Source of the DNA: Phoronis australis
Lineage: Eukaryota; Animalia; Phoronida
NCBI GenBank assembly: GCA_002633005.1
Contig: NMRA01000108.1
Coordinates: forward strand, 415,006 to 479,005
Length of the DNA stretch: 64,000 nucleotides
Direction of reading: 5' to 3'
Made by a program: the position numbers and the translations under genes. The notes under the pieces are model-generated. The model searched no databases. It had not been told where the DNA came from and saw nothing but the letters and a program-made list of their open reading frames with translations. Positions 25,501 through 37,832 of this stretch are shown here, in pieces (within the stretch, counting starts at the first letter, position 1; every line of letters starts with the position of its first letter).

Positions 25501-28500
25501 GTACTTCATTGATGCAGAACCATTTTATTTTTTTTTACCATGGTGGAATATTTTGAAGAGTTCAAGTTGTGGGCAATAACCTTAATATAACGTGTCCGCA
25601 TTTGGAGAACCAGTTGTTGCCTGTTATTCAGTGGAGAAAGCTGGTTCTCAAAATGCAGGCACGTTATATCAGACTATTACCGAGTAGTAGACTTTCATAA
25701 CAGTGTTGGAAACTCTTGAAAAATGAAATGTGTAATTTTGACAATTATTTATGCCGGATGTTGGTAAAATTTTACTGCAGTGAAAATTCTGAAAGTTATT
25801 TAAGTGAGCAAATTAGACACTTGTTTTGACTAGAGGTATAGGGTGGTAACTCGACTCGGAATGACTTCAAGTACTGGTGGAGTTCAGGTTGGAATTCCAA
25901 AATCTGTTTACTGGTACATTCTTTTTTGTAATTGTTCCATCAGAGTAGATCAGCTCGCGTGTCCAAGTCATTGAAAAATAAATTTAACCTAAAGGGCACT
26001 ACACTCACTGTTCATGTCCGAGGTGCAAATTTCATGATACTTACCCATTGTCCTCAATACTAACCAAGCAGTTCTCATTTCAAAGGTGCGGCACCTATTT
26101 TGATAGCATAGGCTTTTTTAAGGTTGGGCCACTGTACAAGGAGTGGCTCTTAATATAGTTGTTCCTTCAGTGAAAGGCATATGGTTAACTTGTTCTCCTG
26201 ATGATGAGAAAACAAAGTAAAGTAATGAGTGATGTTTAACGTGCCGTGGGAGTACTCTTTGTTACATTCCTTAAATACTCGCTAGGTTTGACGTATTCAT
26301 TTTCCCCTGTCATTATGTATTGGTTTAGGATATGGGTGGATTTTTCAGCTGGGTTGCAGGGGATATTTATGCTGGGCTCGTTTTTGTAACTTCGTATGTG
26401 CTGTTGTCTTATCACTTTTCATGTGTCATATTGGCAAGTGAAGAGCAATGGGTGAAATATGTCGACAACATATGTAAGCAACAACAATAATAAAATCTTA
26501 TCACATTCTGCTTCACGGATGCACTATGAAAAAGAGAAAGTGAAATGGAGAGAAAAATCAACTGTTTAACCTCAGTTCATAGGTAATTCTTGGAGTGGCT
26601 GCAGGGCATTTTGATGACATGGAGGATTCAGATGGCTGATGTATGTATTATTCGCTCCACTGAGTGGCTGGCCATCCCTTGTAGACATCCAGGCGTCACC
26701 TCGTTGCTGCCTATTCACAAAGTCCGGAACTGTAGATAGGGTCACAGTGACTAAGGTGATTTGACTTGCTTTTCAGATTCTGGGCACACCGCAGCGTGTC
26801 TTCCAGATTACCAGTCCACAGACAACAGGGGTCGGGTATGGCTCACCTACTACAATACAGGCTCTTCCCTTGAATATACAGAAGAAACGAAACAGTGATA
26901 TTTTCGGTGACGAAATGTACACAGAAAGGTATGTCCACGTGTCTGGTGCCTTTTAAAGTTAAGTTCGTTTCTGCTGGGTTTGTGGGATAGCTTGGTCTTT
27001 GTTTAGTGAAAATAATAGTGCCATTTGCATGTATTTTGAAATCCCAGAAATATTTCGTGAAAAAAGTACACTAGATTTATTCATCAAAGGACGTATCCCT
27101 AGAGGATGCACGAGTACCGGAAAGTTATATCGTCCCTTTTGGCAGACGCTGACACTACACACTCAGTGCAGTACGACACGAGTGCCAGCTCCAGAGAACA
27201 CTGGAAATTTTAGTTGGTTGTGAATAATTTTTTGCGATATCCAGGGAAATTTGTAGATCTCGGAATCCCGACAAATTGGTCTCCCCAATTTCAAAATTTA
27301 CTTTAAATAGTAAAATTTGCTCGAGAAATACTTAAAGTTATATCCACCAATTGACCCATGGGAACGGCACTGCTGGGGGATTTCTGACAATTTCTATGAC
27401 ATTATTCCGTACCTTACCTGATTGTCTTTCTTTGAGTATTGTGTGCATTTGAAGTGCCCGTAAAATAAACATTGCATGACTTGTTCAATTACTCTTTCTT
27501 TTTATTTACTCAGACTCAGTTATTGGAATTAGCTCTTATCTTGTTGCCAACCTGGCTAGTGTGAGACCTGCTTAAGTACCTTGTATGCGTGTAGTTAAAG
27601 CCTGTGTACCTGCATATCTTTACTCAAGTGTTTAATGTAAAGACACATCCATCTTGGCTTCACTTATTGGTGCTGGTGGGCTATCTGTTGCATATATGCA
27701 TGTCTCATACTGGGTCTTATGATTGTGTTGTTATCCATTCTTAATGGTTTTCACTTGGTGTTGAAATCAATGCTCCTCACCATCTACCAGTTTGTGATGG
27801 ATAAGTCAAGTTTTGTTCACATTTTAATATTTTAGAAATTTGTTCCTCGGATTTGCACTGACCAGTGTTTAATATGCAAAAGCATACGCCTAATTCCGTA
27901 TATAGGCACCCTGTCATGCATTTCCATCGTCCCAGATTGGAACAAATCTTTGCTCTTCATAAAGAAACAATCATTAATAGTGATGTTATGACCTGTCAAA
28001 TTTATTTTGAGTAGAGGTACATTGAGCACTGCTTTGATGATTTGAGTTATTATCTTGGGACACCCCATTTGACACAATAGTGTGTGTCAAATGTGTTTTA
28101 TGCATGGCGCAAGATATCGAGTCTCGAAATGAGGGGAGTTACCAATTCTCAAAAAATTGCAAACTGGGAATGCACAGACACCTTTAACCTCAGGATATGG
28201 TAATTCTCTTCTTTCGCACAAAGATAATTGCAAAATTTGTTTTTTTTTCATTTTTCTGGGGCTGATTACTGCTAAGAATGGGAAATTTACTAAAAGTTGT
28301 TTTGTGACATCTACACAGTACAAACCATGCTGGTTGGTGACAGATTAAAATTCGTTGATAATTATTTTTGTGGAGAAATTTGACAAAATACTGTTTCACT
28401 TGTCGACCATATTGTGTGAAGAATTACCACAGCGATGACCCTGACTTTACACTGGAACAACTTGGTAGCATTCTCCACTCTGTGAAACTCGATGGTGATA

Positions 28501-31500
28501 ATGACGTATTTCATTGTTGGGCAGTAAACGTATGAAGAAGGGTGAGAAAGGTGGTAAAGGCCTGCGCCACTTCTCTATGAAGGTGTGTGAGAAGGTGCAG
28601 CGTAAGGGGACCACGTCCTACAATGAGGTGGCGGATGAGCTGGTGACAGAGTTCAGCGACCCGCGTAACATGACTGCTTCTGACCAGGTAATGCACGCCA
28701 TCTCAGAGAACTTGTTGTTCTCCTTGGTGCAAATCTGATACTAAGTTGTAATGGTGCTCATTTATCACATCCTGTTCGGAATTTTAGCAGAAGTAGAAAA
28801 GCGGGCAATAGTCACCTGTAGTGGGCCCGAATTTTGAGGACCAGTTTGATGCCTGTCATTCAGTGGAGAAAACTGGTTCTCTAAATGAAGGACCCCTATA
28901 AGTGACTATTACTAAAACACTATGCATGATTGGGCAAATTAAAAGAGAGGGTTGGTAGCACACGTCTGTGCTCAAGTATTACAATTGGTGAATGACTTAT
29001 AACATCGCACCAACCTTATGTCATCATGGCAGCTCATTACGCAGCAGCAAAACTTAATTTGCATGGGATGGCAAACCACTTCTGATGTAAAATTGTAGTT
29101 AGGGTTGTATGCTACTGGCTTACTGACACCCAGCATTGTGGGTAAATACAGACTCAGAAGAGGGCGCTGTGGTGTTTTGGATTTGGCTATTAAAGTAACA
29201 GAACTCGTAAAATGTCTTGAATGTATTAAAAGCTAGCTGAAACGTGGTTTTTAAAAAATGTTTATTGAACACACTTCTTTGTCAGATTTTCCGAAGGTGA
29301 TTTTATGGGTGGGATATTATTTATGGACTACGCATTTTCTAGTTTTTGCGTTTTTGAAAATATCCTACAATCCATGTATTAGTAAAGAAGATAATTGATT
29401 TGTTTGTGATTTCTTGCATTTTGTCAAACTCTTTATTTGGAAGGGTTTCTTAAAAATTCGGTGAAATACTGTTTCTAGCCTCCAGTCAAAGATAATCTCA
29501 TAATTATCCACAAGAGAAGACAACCTATAGGAAAGCTTTGAGGATATGTAGCTTCGCAACTTAACTCTATTCTGTTTCAGCAATACGACCAGAAAAATAT
29601 AAGGCGGCGGGTCTACGATGCCCTAAACGTACTAATGGCCATGAATATCATATCCAAGGAGAAGAAAGAGATTAAGTGGATAGGTTTACCAACCAATTCA
29701 GCACAAGAATGTCACAATTTGGAGGTGAGTAGATGTAGGTGTGGCAAGTTAATACACGACCTTGGAATCAGCAAACTGACGGTACTTTGGAAGTACTCAA
29801 AAACTTTGAAACTGAAATTTAGATTGCATCAGAATGTTGTTGAACGAGAGTTAAACTTTGCAGAAACAGTTTCACTGCAACATGTTGCCCTGGAAATCAA
29901 GAATTGAGAAACTTGGTTCATGTTAAAATTGCACTGAACACCTAGAACCATTTGTTATGGTTTATTGGTATATAGATAAAACTGGGCTGGGAAGCTAGAG
30001 ACCTGACTCAAGGGTCTAGCAGCGCACCCTAGTGGGACTCGAACCCACAAACTTGAGTAAAGGAAGGGGACACTTATCCCACCAGGCCACACTGCCCCAC
30101 NNNNNNNNNNNNNNNNNNNNNNNNNNNNNNNNNNNNNNNNNNNNNNNNNNNNNNNNNNNNNNNNNNNNNNNNNGAATAACTGCACGAATTCCTGTTTTGT
30201 AGTTGGAGAAACAGAAGCGTCTTGAGCGTATTCGGCACAAGACGCAACAGTTGCAGGAGTTGATACTACAACAGATCGCCTTCAAGAACTTAGTGCGACG
30301 TAACCGAGAGCTGGAGCGCACCCAGGGCCCACCCTCATCCAACTCGGCTATACAGCTGCCCTTCATCATTGTCAACACAAACAAGAAGACTGTCATCGAC
30401 TGCAGCATCTCAAATGACAAGTAAGTTGATCAGTGAGTCCCAGGCTGTGTGAACAATGAAGAGTTCAGGCCACGGAATTTTTTGCCTCAACGCGTGTGGT
30501 CAAGAGACGAATTCTGTGGTTCAGGGAATCTTGTTGACTTTTCCTCAAAAAATTTACTGTGGCGACATATGATTTGCATTATGTGCAGTGAGAGTTACTC
30601 ACTGTGGATTTGAGCATTGACAATATTTTTGCGCTATAACACTTATATATTGTAGCAAAATCTAACCGATTGAAGAGACAACATGGAGGACAAGTAAAAT
30701 AAAAATTTTTTCAGTAGCACCAAATGAGGGTATTATCATTTTTCAATTCTGTACCATAGCTAGCTTCAGACAATGTTTTGAAGAATTGGAGACCCTTGAC
30801 GAAGTAAAAAATATCAATTTTGGCAATAATTTTTCGACAAATTTTGTGACGTTATACTGTACATGAATGGTTAGACTGTTGCATAATGTGAGCATCTTGT
30901 TCAAAATTTTTAATCTGATTCAGGCTTGGAATTTTCCTCGTTTAAGAGGATTTCCTCTTTTTTGCTTTCGGTTTCCTCTTATTTGATTTCTAGTTTCCTC
31001 TTTTTTGGTCTGTTTTTTATCCTTATGTTGACTTAATTCATGTGAAAACGTTTATTTCAGTTAAATTTTACAACCCCAAAAATATTTCTATCACACAAGC
31101 CTATTTGTGGAACAATACATCACTTGGAAAATTTTCCTCTTTTTTAGTCATTAATCATTCCCAGCCCTGCTGATTTTCAGCACAATTACAGAAACACTTG
31201 TGAACTGAAGATATGTTCATATTTCTAATATTATAATGAGAAGAATAGTTATGGTAAGTTTGGTTAGTTCACTTCACTGGTGAGACTGAGACAACACTGT
31301 AGCCCATGTACTTATGGTGTTTGTTCTTCATTAACTTGGCGTGACTTTCAGATATGAGTACCTATTCAACTTCAACAACACGTTTGAAATTCACGATGAC
31401 ATCGAGGTGTTGAAGCGAATGGGGATGGCTTTCGGCTTAGAGAAAAGCAAATGCAGCGTGGAGGACTTGAAGAAGGCAGCAAGAATGGTGCCTAAGGCAC

Positions 31501-33231
31501 TGGAACAATATGTTCACGGTAGGACATCTACGGGTGGCATTAAATGCTAGTATGACAGACATTTCAAGTATCATGTTGGTCTTTTCTTGGGAAATCAGGG
31601 TTCAGATTGAGCTGAGGCACGAATTGCCACTGAGTGCCTGTTTATGCTAGCACAGTTATGCGTATTTCAAAGTGAGGTTGACTAAGTTCCATCTCAACCG
31701 TTCTTTACCTCCTGCTTCCCCTCTGGGTTCTCAACGGAACTTTGATGCAGTCGGATGAACGTCACTTTTTTGAAAGCTTCCGTAGACGTGAAAATGCCTG
31801 TAACTATTTGCTTTAAGTTTATTTTAAATTTATATGATTAACGGTCCAAAGTCGTGAGTTAAATTTTTTGTTCTAACCCCGAGATTTAACCATTCACAAA
31901 TTGATGAAACTTAATACTGTATTGAGGAAAAGTGATGCCTGCGTATCTCAGAATCTTCCCACCAACTAATAACTTGAAATTTGTTTGCTTCATCAGAGGG
32001 TGCTATAGAGAGCCTTTTGATTACGAGCGCCTATCTTTTTCACTATGTTCAATGACACCCCGCAGCGATTGTTGGTAGGTTCTTTGATGTTGGAGCCTAC
32101 CACCAACCATCCCTGTTGAGGGTGTAGCCAGTATTGATTCTTTCACCTCATGCTTGTACCGGTTGCAATCATAATGGGTTGTCACCAAAGGTTCTCTATA
32201 GTACCCTTTGATTTTATCTGGGAGTATGGTTTATGCGTTGTCCCGTGTCTTGACCACAGCAGCTTAGCATACATAGTCAAAACCTGTGTTGTTTCTTTCC
32301 CCTAGAAATGGCTAGTACAAGTACGGGTAACATGTTGGGAGGACCAAGCAGTTCTCGAGCATCAGCTGCAGCAGGCTCTGCCAACTCTTTACTGGGGTGA
32401 GTCGTCATCAGCTGGTCATGTTGCTTGTTGATATGGTTATGAGCATTGTTCTTTGATCTGAAGCAAGCTTTTCAAGTGGTCAGGTGTTGCAGCCTTCATA
32501 GTCACTGATAACAATCCGTTATCAATGATGTTGGCAGTTTTGAATATAACACCACTGTGTGGATGTTGTTGGTACATAACTTGAATTATATTTGGCAATT
32601 TTCTGGAAAGATATGGCCAGATTGATACTTTAAACGTATTGTGCAGTACAAGCCAAAACTATTCAGACAAAATGGCCCATAATTGTTCGTTATGAGAGCT
32701 GGGCGAAAGGCGAATTCACCGTCACAGTAGTCTTTTCCTCATAATCTAGAATGAAAGGGAATGTTAGTAACGTGGCTGCGCCATTTTGTAATAAAAGGTT
32801 CACCACCTTGAGAGTTGTTACCAATCGTTTTGGCTGTTAACAGAATTTGATGTGACAACAAAATTTTGTCTTGTAGCATAGAAACCAACTTGAGTGTAAC
32901 TGTTCAAGATGGGTTTAAAAGTTTTACCCTCAAACAATTGTTAAAGTATTGATATCAGTGTTAATAAACCTCATGTTTTGTATTGTTCCTCAGTAGGGTG
33001 ACATCTTCAGGCTCTACTCAGTTGCCTCTGGCGCTTCCACTGACATCCACTTCACAGCACCACGACAGCGTTGACACCGAGGTCGCCGTGGCGACTAGCT
33101 ATGGTATCTCGCGCCAGTCGAGCGTCGGCTCCTACTCAGCGCATTCAAGAGCTGCCACGGAAACGCCATCGGAAAATTTCTCGGAAAGTGAATCTGAACG
33201 GTCGAGTCCCATCAACGACATCATCAGCTAG
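22481..33231 (+). CDS. TFDP1: Transcription factor DP (E2F dimerisation partner, TFDP1/TFDP2 orthologue), 9 coding exons, N-terminal start exon not identified
   Basis: Exons 22481-22538, 25218-25291, 26777-26928, 28525-28687, 29581-29724, 30203-30420, 31352-31518, 32306-32396, 32994-33231 all have AG/GT boundaries and join in phase (1305 nt, 434 aa plus stop). Protein has [31 protein letters not shown], the DEF box [17 protein letters not shown] and the DP domain LPFIIVNT...[14 protein letters not shown]. Confidence 0.96.
23430..24480 (-). pseudogene. Probable fossil Penelope-like retroelement fragment
   Basis: Ordered, frameshifted motifs LHP.I, YRKPMNPQYFH (24311-24352), [10 protein letters not shown] and PVIT.NP resemble the PLE RT C-terminus/linker. 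Confidence 0.4.
25218..25291 (+). CDS. TFDP1: DP coding exon ([25 protein letters not shown])
   Basis: ttacag acceptor, gtaagg donor; phase 1 to 0; LPK motif as in human QLLPK. Confidence 0.8.
25574..25679 (+). mobile_element. Hairpin element family B, copy 2
   Basis: AATA...GAGAACCAG / TGCCTGTTATTCAGTGGAGA / CTGGTTCTC...GACTATT. Confidence 0.82.
26777..26928 (+). CDS. TFDP1: DP coding exon (ILGTPQR...)
   Basis: tttcag/gtatgt; ILGTPQR matches DP-family VIGTPQR. Confidence 0.9.
28525..28687 (+). CDS. TFDP1: DP coding exon, DNA-binding domain start
   Basis: [36 protein letters not shown]; gcag/gtaatg. Confidence 0.97.
28806..28911 (+). mobile_element. Hairpin element family B, copy 3
   Basis: AATAGTCAC...GTGACTATT arms with the same loop. 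Confidence 0.82.
29581..29724 (+). CDS. TFDP1: DP coding exon, DEF box
   Basis: [44 protein letters not shown]; tttcag/gtgagt. Confidence 0.97.
29992..30100 (-). mobile_element. tRNA-derived SINE 5' head (family C)
   Basis: Minus strand has A-box-like TGGCCTGGTGG and B-box GGTTCGAGTCC, then CCCTTGAGTCAGG; matches 48520 copy; abuts N gap. Confidence 0.75.
30101..30173. other. Assembly gap (73 N); single Ns also at 6494, 7837, 11293
   Basis: Ns in sequence. Confidence 1.
30203..30420 (+). CDS. TFDP1: DP coding exon, coiled coil/marked-box region
   Basis: [16 protein letters not shown]...[22 protein letters not shown]; tgtag/gtaagt. Confidence 0.97.
30652..30861 (+). mobile_element. MITE family E copy
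   Basis: AAAATCTAACC ... ATCAATTTTGGCAATAAT ... TACTG-TA. Confidence 0.6.
30921..31169 (+). mobile_element. MITE family A, copy 2, flanked by CTGATT direct repeat
   Basis: ctgatt|CAGGCTTGGAAT...ATTCCCAGCCCTG|ctgatt. Confidence 0.88.
31352..31518 (+). CDS. TFDP1: DP coding exon
   Basis: [30 protein letters not shown]; ttcag/gtagga. Confidence 0.96.
31992..32212. mobile_element. MITE with ~27-bp TIRs (ATCAGAGGGTGCTATAGAGAGCCTTT)
   Basis: Right end CAAAGGTTCTCTATAGTACCCTTTGAT is the near reverse complement of the left; extra internal hairpin. Confidence 0.75.
32306..32396 (+). CDS. TFDP1: DP coding exon (EMASTSTG...)
   Basis: Polypyrimidine ccctag acceptor, gtgagt donor, bridges phase 1 to 2. 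Confidence 0.85.
32994..33231 (+). CDS. TFDP1: DP terminal coding exon
   Basis: cctcag acceptor in phase 2; ends [31 protein letters not shown] (ETP motif as in vertebrate DP). Confidence 0.85.
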
Positions 33232-36200
33232 AGTCTGATGAAAGTGTCTGACCAGGGCACATCTATTGGGAAACTCTGTGGATGGGACGCGTGGGCTGTC
33301 GTTTATTTTTGACTTTCTCCAGCTGATGTGAAGACTGTGTGTTGGAGTGTTTAGACCCCATCAAGTACTATATAGCCAAAAGAAATACAAACACCGCGCT
33401 GGTATAATGTGCATTTTTCAATGATAGAGCTGTGCTGAGTAGTAACAGACCGGGTGCAGTTGGTGATTGGCTAAAGCAGATGGCAGTACTCCAGAAAGTG
33501 GCCTGCTTATATCATCGCATATGTTCATGTACAGCACTACCGTAGATGTATATATACATATTGTGAGTGGACTTGCCCTTATACTTGCACCAACAATACG
33601 TTTGAGCAGGTGTATTGATTCAAGTACTTATTAAGTTTCCAAAAGACTGGAAATACACTTTTCAGTCTGGTCAGAGTAAGTTCTGAGCGGACGGTATATT
33701 TTCAGTGATAACACGTTATCTCCAGGTGGTCACGCATAACTCGCTTTATGTCAGTTACCTAGGTTGTGAAGTTGCTCTAATGCACAAAAGTTAATTGTTG
33801 GTGAAGATAGTTTCGACTGTTTTGGAATTGTTGCAACACATTGACACTGTTGCTTGTTTGATAGATGTCTTCAAACAGGAAATTGAAATTATGTCACACT
33901 GACCTAATTAAGGCGTTGACTTGAATTGTCCTTATTTTACCTCATAATCGTTATAGTGTATTGAATTTTTTTTAATTGTTGTATTTTGCGTTTTTGAAAA
34001 CTAGTTAGATTGTAGAGTGTAATTTCCGGTTTATGTCAAATTTCTTGTAATCTCCTTTTGTACGATTAACATTTGTTGCACGAATCTGATACAGTATCAT
34101 GTGGCAAGTAACTTGTGCATGCTTGCACGTATTTCACAGAATCATGCTTTGTTTCTTTTATAAAACACGATGAAGCCAAAAAATACTTTTTCAGGCGATT
34201 GATGAAATCCCAAAACACTTCCTGTGTATCATAAAGGTTCGTCTGTCTGGAAGATGTTGACTTTTCATCTCGAGTTCTCGTAGTAATTTGGGACTGCTGC
34301 TGAGGTTATCGAGAATATTTTGATCTTCATCACATTGATTCAATCATTGGACGCTGTCATGTTTTGAGAATTAATATGTTGAAGCTACTAAAAATTAATA
34401 GTCTTGCCAGCCTGCCATGGCAAATAACAATAAGTCATTGTTTTTGTATGTAACTGTGCCACACTTGTGAAAGGAGTGCACCTTGTGTTAAGCGCCCTCT
34501 TTAGCCTGGTAACATTACTACAAGTTGTCCCTGTCTTCCGATTGGTTGAAGAGGCAATAAACGTGTGCGTTCTTTTGAAAACCAACTTTTGACAAGTTTT
34601 CGCTGTAAAACCAGTCTCAGCTAGTCGGATTAAAAATGACTTCTGTGCTAGTGAGAACTGGTGAGTTGAGAATGCGTCAGACCGTTTCTGTTAAGTTGTT
34701 TGTCTCGACGTGAGTTTCAGTCACCAATGCAGTGTGGCCGTCAGGGGAATTCCAGGTGATTTTTTTAACTAATTTCATTTCGAACTATTACTAAAGAAAG
34801 TACGCTGATGTGCTTTGAAAGGACAAACTCATTTGCAAAGTAAGTTGGTATTTTTAACACAAGATAGCTGCAAAGTTTCTATATACACTTGCCTTGCAAT
34901 ATCGTCGTCTACATAAAAGTAGTCTACCCAGTCCTAAACAATGATGCGAATGGTGAACGTTCGTTGGCTTTGCAGTTAATTTCTTCACCACAGGATTTTG
35001 ATGTGATGTCGCTCTCGCAGCAAATAATGTGGGGACAGCTTGTATTTCTTGAGCTAGGATTTTAGGAAACAAAGAACAAAAACATTGTACTTGCTTGCTA
35101 ATTTAAACAGTTGCTGACATAACTACAGTGTGCCGTTTGCATTGACACTGTATATAGGATGGGCAGTTCAAATAGGCAAACGAGTATGGTTCAGGTGGCA
35201 TATGCATAACTAGACGTGAGTGTTGTGTAGTCAGTTCTGTATTTATTTTGAATTTTGTTTTCCTAATTTAAACCACTATTTATCACAGTTTGCGTGATGT
35301 AATTTGTGCAGAAAGTCATATATTTATAATTGTAAACAGGGACTAGAATGGCTTAGTTGTCTGGGTGTTTTATTTTAGAATCTTTCTAGTGACTTTCTTT
35401 TAAGCTTATTCCTTTCTTGTTAGCTGATTTTTAAAAAAGCGGAGGGCTTACGTTGTTTTTTTTGTGTGGTGCCTCTTTGCCTCTTATTGAACTTTCCAAC
35501 TAGTTCTGTCCTTGATTACATGAACATTGTTGCAGAGGTTGAAATTAGTTATGTAAACACGTGTACGCTGACTTTTGATATGTTAAGAATTGAAAGACTC
35601 GCCTTTTCTCTTTATGCCAAAACACTCGACACAAATGCAAATTTTGGATGGCATTGCGTTGTTGAATGCCATGGCTGTTTGGCTGCAGGCAGCTTGGCTG
35701 TGCAAATGAGTACCAGCCGTTACTGAGAAGTAACCCACAATGCACTTGTGACCTGTCCTGGAAAAGTTGAGAGACTCTCACCCACTCTCACTTCAGAAAC
35801 TGGAGCCAGCAACTAACCCGGATCATGAAAGATTCACTTTCTAACACTGTTTAGTAAGGTAACTGGAATTTGCCGTAAATATCCAGTTCTCGTCATCATT
35901 TCATCCTCTGTACGTTTCAAAACATTGCGCATTATCCAGCGTTTTCATTGTGACTAAATAATGCACCCGTTTTGATTGGACCTGTTGTTTGTGTTGCGAT
36001 CATAAAGAGAATGTATTTTTGTATGCAGGCTATTATGCCAGGTTATTATGTGTCTGAAGCTACTCGCAGTTGAACTGTGGTTTATATGTGAGAGGCTTAT
36101 ATTGTGCAAGATGCTACGCGTGTCTTGATGATGTCAAGGTCGCTGGTCCTACCATTCCATCCTATATTGTTTCCACTTCAAGCACTGAAATTTCGCGTGC

Positions 36201-37251
36201 TCTGTGACACGCAGTTCACAGTCTAGCAATGGTCATGTTTCAAGTTTGTTATCCAAGTTGTGCTTGCATCATGTGAGTAAGAACTGATACCACGTTTCAG
36301 CAAATGTTTGTGTGTACTGGCAACAAATTTTTTTAAACAAGGGCTATTGAACATTTCATTGGCATCTGCAGATTCTAACTTCTCCAGAGTCCGCTCGTAC
36401 ACTCTGAACTACACAGACTTTGGTATAGGCAAACAATGTAACGGCTGCCTGATGCTCATTGTAAAAACAAAGAAAGCAAAAACGCATAAATACGTGATTT
36501 TTATGTATTCTTCGATCTTCAGCGGTTGTGTCCATTCGAAAATCCAGCGTAATGTTCAAATAGCTTTTGCTGAAATGTATTCTACGTCATTAGTCTGTGA
36601 ATGTTTATAAGCAACGTGATGTAGCAATATGCCTACTTGTGTTTTGTTGACCTTATTACAAATAGGGCATAATGTCATTTGCACTTTCTGTAATGGGGAG
36701 CATCTGTGTTGCTACATGGAACGGCTTTCCTGACTTTGTCATGTGACAACTACTGCAATCATTTGATGCTTATTTGGTCAGAGTGTTGAGGGTGTGCCGA
36801 TGAAAGACACTGTTGGTTCATTGACCAGTAAAATTTACCTTATCCGTCCGGATTAACAATCTTGTTTGGCTAAATTCACTATGAACCCAACATTCTGTCA
36901 TGCCACCCCAGTTTTCAAATTTCTGAATTATTCACACTGCGAAGATACAGGATCCATATTTGTTGTCAAAGGGAAACAACAGGCATTTCTGTCATTTCAT
37001 AAAAGTAATCCAGTTATGCTCACCACTTGCGCTGTTGGTGTTGGATAATTTGAACGTGACCTTTGAACTCAATTCCTATTGGTAGGAATAAGTTGCATCC
37101 CACCAAGAACATCAAATGTGTTTGACATTTTGCCTATACTGGGTTGTAGATACTGTTTTATTCTGGAAAAGTGTATGTGAAGAGTATTTGTAGAAAGTTG
37201 ATATAAAAACTGCCTTTATTACATGAAAATATTTATAGTTTGTGAAACTTA

Positions 37252-37257
37252 AATAAA
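37252..37257 (+). terminator. Candidate polyadenylation signal of DP
   Basis: AATAAA followed by a T/GT-rich stretch, at the end of a long T-rich UTR-like tract. Confidence 0.4.
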
Positions 37258-37826
37258 TTTTGGATTTGCGTATCCGTGTCTTATGTCTCTGCAACTTTTT
37301 AAAACTAATATATTAAAACTTTAAGTTTTCTACAGTTCCAGGAACAAACTAAAGTCTCAAGAAGTACAATACCACACGCAAGTCATTCTATGGCTATGTC
37401 TTGAAATTGAAGCTATGATCCTCTAATATAAACCCATACCAGACCTACAAATCCCCAGACAAGCTTCCTAAACTTCACATACTAACAAGTGCCCTGTGTG
37501 AGTGTAAAATTTAGGGGTGTGGGTACGGGGATATCTATGTGCGGATAATGGCCCGAATTGCAAACAAAATGCTTTTAGTCTCTGATGGTTTCGATATTCT
37601 TGATTGCCACGGAACTGGAATCCTATCAATAATACAATGCGACAAATTTTATGAGAGGAAAAGGCCTTTTTTCATTTTAGCTCCCTTAGGGAAAAATGCA
37701 GCTGAAATCAAAGGGGCATTTTGGCCAACTAAACATACATATTCTCTACATTTGATGCAAATAGGAAAAGTGCATTTCAATGTGTGAAGCTAATAATAAT
37801 ACAATTTTTATCAAAATAACAACATC

Positions 37827-37832
37827 TTTATT
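37827..37832 (-). terminator. Candidate polyadenylation signal of DNAJC3
   Basis: TTTATT on + (AATAAA on -), about 1.8 kb past the stop; a second one near 37887. Confidence 0.45.

Noticed and set aside
30016-30420. Minus-strand ORFs opposite exons (also 28511, 53002, 56691, 57496, 58161, 62448)
   Set aside because: Antisense shadows of coding exons
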